A stretch of DNA of 58,657 nt, filler included, from Sphacelaria rigidula (taxonomy: Eukaryota), in the NCBI GenBank assembly GCA_964200075.2. It is 5 parts of 5 records of this genome, joined end to end, with 100 filler letters (N's around TTAATTAATTAA, not from the genome) between each part and the next. Parts side by side here need not be neighbours in the genome. Positions count along the whole stretch, not along the records: positions 47,008 to 58,657 come from CAXNAA020004664.1; 4 more parts are not named here. One strand, written 5' to 3'. The first letter of the stretch is position 1; each line of letters begins with the position of its first letter. Shown piece by piece: positions 50,880-58,657 of the stretch. The notes under the pieces were generated by a model, which saw only the letters and a list, made by a program, of their open reading frames with translations, searched no databases and was not told the DNA's origin. A program made the translations under genes and the position numbers.

Positions 50880-52860
50880 TAAATGCTTGAAGACTTGTTT
50901 GAAATTTGGCTCAGAAAGAAAGATGGGACATGCCATGTTGTACTGTATCATAGCACACACCTATTATTGCATTGTCGTGTGTTTGGACCTTTCTAAAACT
51001 GTCTATTCTCTGCTGGAAATACCTTAGTTGCTGTACCTCTATTTTGTTCCGAACAAGTGCAGTCGGCAGGTAGTACTGTGTTGTCGAGGTTGAAGATGCT
51101 CTACGGATGTGTTGGGTGTTGTGTCTTTCGCAACGAACAAGGTCCTCGGTGCGCAGACCCAGCATTCGTGTCCTGTAGCTCACAGGTAGTGTGGTGCCCT
51201 GAAAAGACGGTCCGATCTGCGCTGAGGATTGCCTGAATTGTAGTATTGTTGTAATGCCGAAAGCGCCACCATCATGGTGTGTTGGACGCGTAGTGTCGTT
51301 TGTTAAACCAGTTATGCAATTCGTGCCCACGCCCGTCACTTCTATGCTGTAGTCGTCGTTGTTTGAATCCCACGAACACGATTTGATCTTCGCTAGAGAT
51401 TGCCTGAAATGCTGAACTACCGCTGGTCCGGTCTGTACAGATGGGTGGGAACAAAATGCTCTTGACACATGGTCGGAAAAGTCACGTGATGACTGTGCAG
51501 TCGGTATGTCTTTTCTGGGTGCTGTTGTACATGTGCACAACTCCTAGGTCACGTCAACTTCAACTTTATGCCATGAAAGTGTTTTTTATGGTCCCCGTTC
51601 AGAATCGCGGCAGGCAAAAGCGGCGATGAAATTTTTGAATTTTTTTTTTGATCGGCTCCCATTAGAGTTGGCCTTACAGCATGACGGAGGACGTCCAGGT
51701 ACTAACCCTACCCCTCAGGAGCGAACAGCGGGATTCGTTGCATGAATGTGAGGCGTACCATGAGGTGATGTGTGCCCTGTACAGCCCGTGTCCATTTGTG
51801 TAGAGGTCGTACACATAACTGGGCACATGAATGGGTGAGGGTACACCTCTCGGCTAGCTTAGTCATGCTTCATTATCCAAGCGCATCCTCGAAAGTATGC
51901 CACGACTTCCTTATGAAGTCAAGAGCTCCCATTCACAGTTTCAGAACACTTGAGAAATCACATTGCAGATTGCCGTGCACACCATTACCTTTGCACACCA
52001 TGTGGTCAACTTGTAACCATTTCCCTACGGCAATGCCGCTGCTGTGTCGTTGTTATCCCGTGACGTGTTTCACAGGAGGAGGACTGTCGAATGGAACCGG
52101 TGGTGGGAGATGCAGACGTGGGCCTGCAAATAGCGCTGCAATCGTTACCTCTCACGCCTTCACACATGTCCTTGACGCAGGTACGCATATTCTCGACACC
52201 TTGAACGACGGCCACCTTGCTGGATGCTCAGCGGACGGGTTTTGTTTCTTATTTGGAGGGGGGTAATGGTGTCTTCCAGTGGAGAGATCTCGTTTGTTTA
52301 GGATGGACCGCTTCCATGCACGCGTATTGGTTGATCCTACATAAGTCGCAGCCAGGTATCCTGCTATCGTCTCCACACAGAGGACCAGAGCGGTGACCGT
52401 GCCAGATGTGTACGTGGCCATGCATGTGAAGAGATGTTGGGTCACACCACGGGATAATGCACGGACAACAACAAGCGTTCACATTCTCCCATCAACGGTG
52501 ACAAAAAGCGGCCGCGTGACTGTTTGGCTTGAACCTCTTCGTATGCAAAACTCCTGCCAAGCTTCCATGTCGTTAGTAGTGCCCATGTTCACTTACAGGA
52601 ACCATTATTCTCCAAGAAATCCCAGGACATGTCGACCTTGAAGTAATCGACATGGACATGAAGAAGGTGTTATAACTTGTTGACTGTGACACGCTGATGG
52701 TCATTTTGGGTGCGTGCATGCAAACGCGAGCGTGCTTGAGGTGATGATCACGTACACGGGATTCTCCAGCAGAGATGCTGAAATCGTCGCAGTCAAATGG
52801 TTCAAGACATTCCGGACACACTGCTGTTTGCACATGTACTCAACGCAGGTATCCGGTTGG

Positions 52861-53217
52861 GTGTGTGTTGTCGTCCCATTTATTCTGGGCGCCCGTCTAC
52901 ACCTTTCGGTATATGTGGGCGCATCAGCCGGGGTTGCACAGGAGGAAGGTCAACACAGGAGTTTTTTCTTTATTATTTGTTTTTACTACCCCACCTTCCT
53001 CCTGCGGTGCTTGCCTATTATTTTGATCGCGAGAGAGGTTCAGCAGTCCCTTTCCCTCGTCGACCATGAAGTCGAACTTTGTGTACTCACGACATAGTCG
53101 CTCTCCACTGCTGGGCATGGCGTAAGAAAAAATCCCAGTTCGCTCCGGGAATCAAACCCCACTACTTAACCGTCAGAAGGTTACGAGGTTGCCAACCGAG
53201 CCACCGGGGCAATCCGG
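52861..53217 (-). mobile_element. tRNA-derived SINE copy 6
   Basis: Same head, body and (TG)n tail, on a different scaffold. Confidence 0.8.
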
Positions 53218-53611
53218 TTAGTACCTAAAAATCTGTCTTCGCCACGGCTATGGCTTGGTGCTATTTTGACAAATATCTGTTTTCCACCCCAGGCACATCA
53301 CTGCAGCATCTTCCAGTGGCCCAATGTGGCACAAGTACGAGAGTACGCGAGTGCCCACTCTTCGATTCTAAGCATCAGCTAGCCCTTTGCAGGAATCGTT
53401 ACATGCTAGCCATTGACTCCGTACATTTATTTTTGCTCTCACCCTGTTTTTTTTGTTGACCGGGATGCTCGTATGATCGTGCGTTTTTCGAGAATTTCAT
53501 GCTCACGCAGAGCCGAAGCTTGATGGCTAGACATGCGTCATGAGCGGCGACTGACCAACCTCACCTCTCCCTACCCCATTGTTAGACGCCTGAACCTAAT
53601 CGTGCTCTCAC

Positions 53612-55355
53612 CTCTGTATTTTTGCATGGGCACGGCTCGCTAATGAAGAAGCGTTTGATTGTGCCTCGGTTGCAGTGTTTCCGTCGTGAAGATGCTGAAG
53701 TGGAGCTTGTCTTGAAATACGTCGTTGTTTTGTTCCCCCGTTCCCGGCCAGAGTTTAAACCCGTCCCGTTCCTCGGACCGACTAGGGACGAGTCGGTAGT
53801 CTCGAGGGATCAACCCACCTCTCCCACGGTTCATGCCTGGAGTTTGATGAAAACAGATCAGTTATGGGGCTGCCTTTTTCTGATGCTCGACTCTTGTTTT
53901 TTGTAATTTTCCAAGTCCCAAGCTCCTTATTATCAGGCGTGCGGATTCTCTCTCAATTGCGTTGGATTGTTTTTTCGAAAAATGGGGGTGAGCTCCATCG
54001 TGATTCTTTCCTGTTTTGTGCTGCTGTGCCATACACGATCGGGGAACGAACGATATGAAATCTCGTCTATCGTCGTCAGTGGTGGTGGCATGACGACCAC
54101 GGTCCACCCAATACCCCATGCTTGGCGTTCTGCTGCAGCACGTGTCTTGATACTTTGTGTAAGAGAGGTCAATCTTCTGCATGTGTGGGGAGAAGGCTGT
54201 GAGGATATGGGCTATGACACAGCGTCACGGAAGCACGAACAAATCGCTATGCGGACCGATTGAATGGCCCAATTGAAGGGAAACAGCGCCGTACCCCTGT
54301 CAAAAGTGGCCTCAGTTCCTCTTTGTCTCTATCCACTAGCGAGTCGCTTCTGCGGTGGAAATCCCAAGGTTGTGTTCTGTAGGGTACGGGTTTCTGTATA
54401 TCCGAGGTATTTTCCGGGTATTCAGCGTACCCGACAGTTCTGTAATCTCTGTAAGGTCTTCATACCCTTACCCGGTAGTTCTGTAATCTCTGTAAGCCTC
54501 CCGTACCGTTACCGGGGGGCATAGCTATGCTCTTGATAAGATACCTGATTGCGGGTACGGTTTTCTGTACAACCTCCATGCCCTACCCGACTGTTGCTGT
54601 GAGTTCTGTGAGCGTCCCATACCCTTACCCGACAGTTCTGTGAGTTCTGCACAGAAGGTTCACCCGTGCCCGGAGCGCGGGTATGCTCTTGAACAAATAC
54701 CCGATTGCCGGTACCGGTTTTCTGTAAGCCTCCCATACCGTACCCGACGAGCTCTGTAAGCTCTCCAAGACTTTTATCCAGTACCGGTACCCGGCAGTTC
54801 TGTGAGGTCTGTAAGCCTCCCTTACCTCTACCTGGGGTTAAGGTACACCGTTATAGATATACCCGATTGCAGGTATGAGCACAGGTATATACCTTGGGGG
54901 GGTACGGATATAGGTTCAATCTGAACACAACCTCATGACCTGATCATGTACCTCCCATCGATCTACCCACCCAACTCCTTCATTGGAAACTGCACACCAA
55001 CAACAGTTAAATGTTGAAGAGTTCTGTAGTTTGGGATCTGATGAGATACAAGGTACCGCTGAGAGGAAACACGAAACATGAGCAGCCCTGCAGACCGTGA
55101 GGATAGATCACCCCCAGACTCGAGTGGTGGCTCGACCGGGGGCGGTTCGTCTGCGCCACCAGGGGATCAAGTAGCAAGACTCACGTCATCGACGTTGGTG
55201 GTGGTTGTGTCGTGATCATCAAACTCCAGGCCGTTATCGACATGTACAGCGCGGAGTATGAGCTGCCACCGAAAGTCGTCAAGGCCATCGGCGATTTTGT
55301 CGCGTGCCGAAGGGTTTCCAGAGAACGGGCAGTCGTGAATGCTCCTTCATGTACT
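53612..55355 (-). pseudogene. Intron-interrupted piggyBac-like transposase remnant
   Basis: Minus-strand AG/GT-bounded segments: 55355-55185 (DKIADGLDDFRWQLILRAVHVDNG, cf. piggyBac MSRxRFxxIxxxLHFxDN); 54176-54052 (KIDLSY...QDTC...GRHATTTDDDRRDF, cf. KIxP...C...lsiDE...F); 53781-53612. Frameshift and stop present. Confidence 0.42.
54367..54933. mobile_element. TIR element with internal GTACCCGACAGTTCTGT tandem repeats, copy 1
   Basis: AGGTTGTGTTC...GAACACAACCT 11-bp TIR; interior built of ~40-bp units. Confidence 0.7.
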
Positions 55356-55538
55356 CTTTGGGAGTGTACGTGAAACCGATAGATGTTGACGATCCCGTGC
55401 ACATGTACTACTGCGATTTTTCGTGTAGTCTTTTTTTATCAACGCCGTGAAGCCGTTCAGAGTGTTCGTGAACTGTCATCTGTATTTTGCCACTGTTGTA
55501 GTGACGTAGGTCCCACGACAGGGGTGATGATTATACCA

Positions 55539-56112
55539 AGGTATTGTTTCGTAGAGAACGGTTTTCTGTATACCCGGGGTATTTTGCCGAGTATTTACCG
55601 TATCCGACAGTTCTGTAACTCTGCAAGACCTCTATACCGGTACCCAACAGTTCTGTAATATCTGTAAGGTCTTCATACCCGTACCCGATAGTTCTGCGAG
55701 TTCTGTAAGCCTTCCGTTCCGAGACCGGGGGGCACGGGTGTGTCCTCGATAATATACCTGGCTGCGGGTACGGTTTTCTGTGTAACCTCCATACCCTACC
55801 CGACAGTTTCTGTGAGTTATGTAAGCGTCCCATACCTTTACCCGACAGTTCTGTTTGTTCTGTACAAAAACTTGACCCTAACACAAGGGGCGGTTATACC
55901 CTAAATGAGTTACCCGATTCCCGGTACCGTTTTTCTGTGAGGCTCCCGTACCGTACCCGACAAGTTCTGTAAACTCTGCAAGAGTTTCATACCGGTACCC
56001 GACAGTTCTGTAAACTTTGCAGGAGTTTCATACCGGTACCCGACAGTTCTGTGAGTTCTGTAAAGGATCCCATACCCTACTGAACGCACCCGTACCTTAC
56101 AAAACGCAACCT
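55539..56112. mobile_element. Same family, copy 2
   Basis: Right end reverse complement AGGTTGCGTTTTGTAAGGTACGGGT matches the left TIR of copy 1; interior colinear, with near-identical 41-bp units at about 55950-56060. Confidence 0.7.
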
Positions 56113-56401
56113 TAGAATATTCGCTCATCTTATGGTTGCTGTGGTGATGGACGCCGCCGCATTCTAGACCTTGTACCGCCACGGTTCGTTGGTCGAATTC
56201 TGACACATATATCCACGGAGAAAAATTGTTCCCCATTTTTGGGAAGGTGAGGGCGTGTGAGTAGGGTATAAGTAGCAAAGAAATACGACGAGAGTCGATG
56301 CGGTGCGGCAGAAGTCAGGATCAAGCCCGCGATACCAATGTGTCGAGAGCATGTACCGGGGGAGAATTGGGCCAACACCTGCTGTGGGCTTGTCTGAGGA
56401 A

Positions 56402-56478
56402 GGGGGGGGGGCGTACTCATTTGTTGCTTGCCTTAGTCATTTGACCATTGACCACGCATCCCTTTCGAGACGGAGCAA
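56402..56478 (-). mobile_element. Same repeat (diverged), truncated copy D, with 15-bp TSD
   Basis: GGGCGTACTCAT...GACCATTGACCACGCATCCCT flanked by TGTCTGAGGAAGGGG at 56391-56405 and 56479-56493. Confidence 0.62.
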
Positions 56479-57679
56479 TGTCTGAGGAAGGGGAGGGGTT
56501 TGAAGCATGACGGAAAAAAAAGGCCCAAGATCTAGCCGTGACTCAACAGAAACCCTGACCACAACAACATCGCTGACGCTGAGCGTAATCACTTGATTCT
56601 TGAAGGACATTGCGCTTATCAACGATGAGGCCGAGCTGGTGGGCGTGCGGTACTACATCAGGCTCATCTTGGAGGATGACGCAGGGACGGCGTACTGGCA
56701 TACACACGAGATCTTCTTCCACAGGTGCGTACTGCATGATGATTAGTACCCCATACTGAGTGCTACACATGCTGCTGACATTTCTGCATTTCATGGATTT
56801 CGAGAGATATTTTCACGCGAGTTGGAACTTCTTCTGTCTGATTGTTGGCAAACTATGCAGCATTTGACGGAACTTTTCTCTGTTCCAACGTAGGGCTGAC
56901 GCTTGTGTTGCTTTGTTGACCCAAGTCTAATCAACATCTTGCCAAGACGGGAGCACTCGTCGCGTACCGCATTTTCGGCAGAGTCAGCACACTACAGTAC
57001 CATATCCGGACAACCGGATGGCTCACTTGACTCTTACAAACTCCGATGCCTGACGGGCTGATGACCTCCTGTATTGTCGCGAAATTTAGCACACTGATGA
57101 ACGGACACGATGGAGCATTCTTCAGATATGCATCAGTATTGCGCAGCAGTTGCATGGGGTACACTTCCTGACAATGTAATGTATTGCCCTTCGCGTGCAT
57201 TCACCGCCTTTTTTTTTTCTTCATGTTTTGTTGTCGCGCTGCTGTAATCCTCTTCACCGTTTGATCTCAGGACTTGACTCTGGAGCAACGGTTGTTCCCT
57301 AATATGTCGAGATCGAAGACACAGACGTTTATGACCTTCGGTTCACTGCAACCGTCTCGTCATATTTTTATGCGTTGGTGTTATATTTTCTGTCTTGTGT
57401 TGGTCTTCAACGTGTAACTGGTGTTTTCCCTCTTTTTTCGTTGCTGTCGATTGATTTCGTCCGCCCAGAGCTGAGTTGAGTCACTCTTCTGCAGACATGG
57501 TCCACCCTGATGATGCCGACATGAACTTCGAAGACGATCAAGAACTAGAGGATGACTTCACGCACGGTACAGACTACACGCAATACTCCACCACCAGGCA
57601 AGCTGTGCGATTTTGAACATGATCCCGTGAGCAAGCCTCGTATGTGTCCGGGGGGGCCGAATGCAGGCCGGGAATGCCG

Positions 57680-57990
57680 GGGCGACCAATCCATGTGATA
57701 TTTTCAAAACGATTCTGACCGGTGGATAAGAAGGAAGCCAAAGGAACCGAACAGCGTGCCAACAACTTGCCAGGCGGATAGGGTTTCAAGCTGAGAAAAC
57801 CCAGGTTGTGCTTTGTGCCGTGCACAAGTCTGCTTTCAAAGTTCTGTGTGCGGTGGGACGAAATCGATCACACCAGTTTTTCTGGGACTCGAAATCATAT
57901 GGTACGAGGTGTAGCATTTCAGCTCTTTGCAGGCGTTTCTCAAGCAGGTTTCAGGGTTACAGGACCGCACCTTCTCGAGAAAATGCGCTG
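57680..57990 (-). pseudogene. Possible pogo/Tc5 (CENP-B HTH) transposase remnant
   Basis: Frameshifted GPVT...LLEKRLQRAEMLHLVPYDFESQKNWCDRF resembles the Tc5 HTH pattern gxpvt...l.ekA...dFxaSxGWxxRF. Confidence 0.33.
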
Positions 57991-58657
57991 CGCTTTCTGA
58001 GTCGAATCCAGGGCAGTTTTCCGTTCCCGCCGTGGGTGCTGTTTTTGTATGGTCGAACTCTTACTTCGCGATTCCGTGTTGAAATGGCCAGTCTATTGCC
58101 GTTGGCTACGTTGACAACAAGACTGTTCTGGTGACCTGCTCCTGCGCTGATCCATGACAACATTAACGTGCACCGCTTATACAGTACATCATTCCCCTGG
58201 AGGTACGTCCGTCCTATGGCCGCGGCGGTGCGCAGGGCCTTTACGGTGGCACGGTCTAGTCATCTTCCGTGATACCAATGAAACAAGCAAAGTTGTCAAT
58301 CAGAGTTTGACAGTAATAGAGGGCAATTGACAGGGATGATGCGGAGAAGCTCCAGTGAAAACACCCCCGAGCCGTCCTTGACACACTTTGTCAGGTCGTG
58401 AGCCCTTGAAGCTTATAACCCGTGGCTGTCATTACTGTTGTTCGTGTTTGTGTATAGCGGTATTGCTCGGTAGGTGGCAATGGTTCACATCCTGGACACA
58501 CGCTATGTTTTCGATATATGTCAGTAGGTCATATTGGAATTTTGGATACATTTTCTTTTTCCTCACACTTTTACCCATCCCCTTCCTCGGGATGAGTCCG
58601 TGGTCTCAAGGGATCAGCCCATCTCTCCCCCGGTACGTCCCTTTTATCTTGGTCTCG

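Larger units (their letters stand above)
48441..51673. mobile_element. PIF/Harbinger-type non-autonomous element A (host of nested insertions)
   Basis: TTA at 48438-48440 and 51674-51676; TIR (GGCC)AACTCTAATGGGAGCCG at both ends. Confidence 0.72.

Noticed and set aside
51780..52840. Coding-like minus-strand stretch with Cys/His clusters
   Set aside because: Multiple stops and no assignable family.
54380..56070. Repeats resembling a CRISPR array
   Set aside because: The sequences between the repeats are themselves similar to each other, the units are degenerate and enclosed by TIRs, there are no cas genes, and the context is eukaryotic.
57495..57566. Acidic exon-like segment (DMVHPDDADMNFEDDQELEDDF)
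   Set aside because: Splice signals are plausible, but I found no partner exons and the peptide is low complexity.

Overview
Repeat-rich eukaryotic DNA, most likely a brown alga or other stramenopile (inferred from the 5S rRNA sequence, GT-AG introns and repeat style). The window is not one locus. It is five roughly 11.65-kb scaffolds in descending length order (1-11653, 11754-23406, 23507-35157, 35258-46907, 47008-58657), joined by artificial 100-nt spacers (44N-TTAATTAATTAA-44N). Almost all listed ORFs look spurious. Supported non-coding and mobile content: six copies of a tRNA-headed SINE, a solitary and probably pseudogenic 5S rRNA, a TTAA-flanked non-autonomous piggyBac-type element, a nest of three PIF/Harbinger-type TIR elements, several foldback/MITE families, and a decayed Ty1/copia gag-protease. 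Supported coding remnants: one exon resembling a Slo/BK-type K+ channel, a decayed multi-exon kinase-like gene, and intron-split or decayed transposase remnants (piggyBac-, pogo-, MULE-like). The most unusual signal is a structured short repeat family with one fixed end in a G-run (oligo-C tail on the minus strand), variable truncation at the other end, and 13-15-bp target-site duplications at G-runs. It looks like a C-tailed retroposon. All protein family calls are by-eye motif recognition, not database results.
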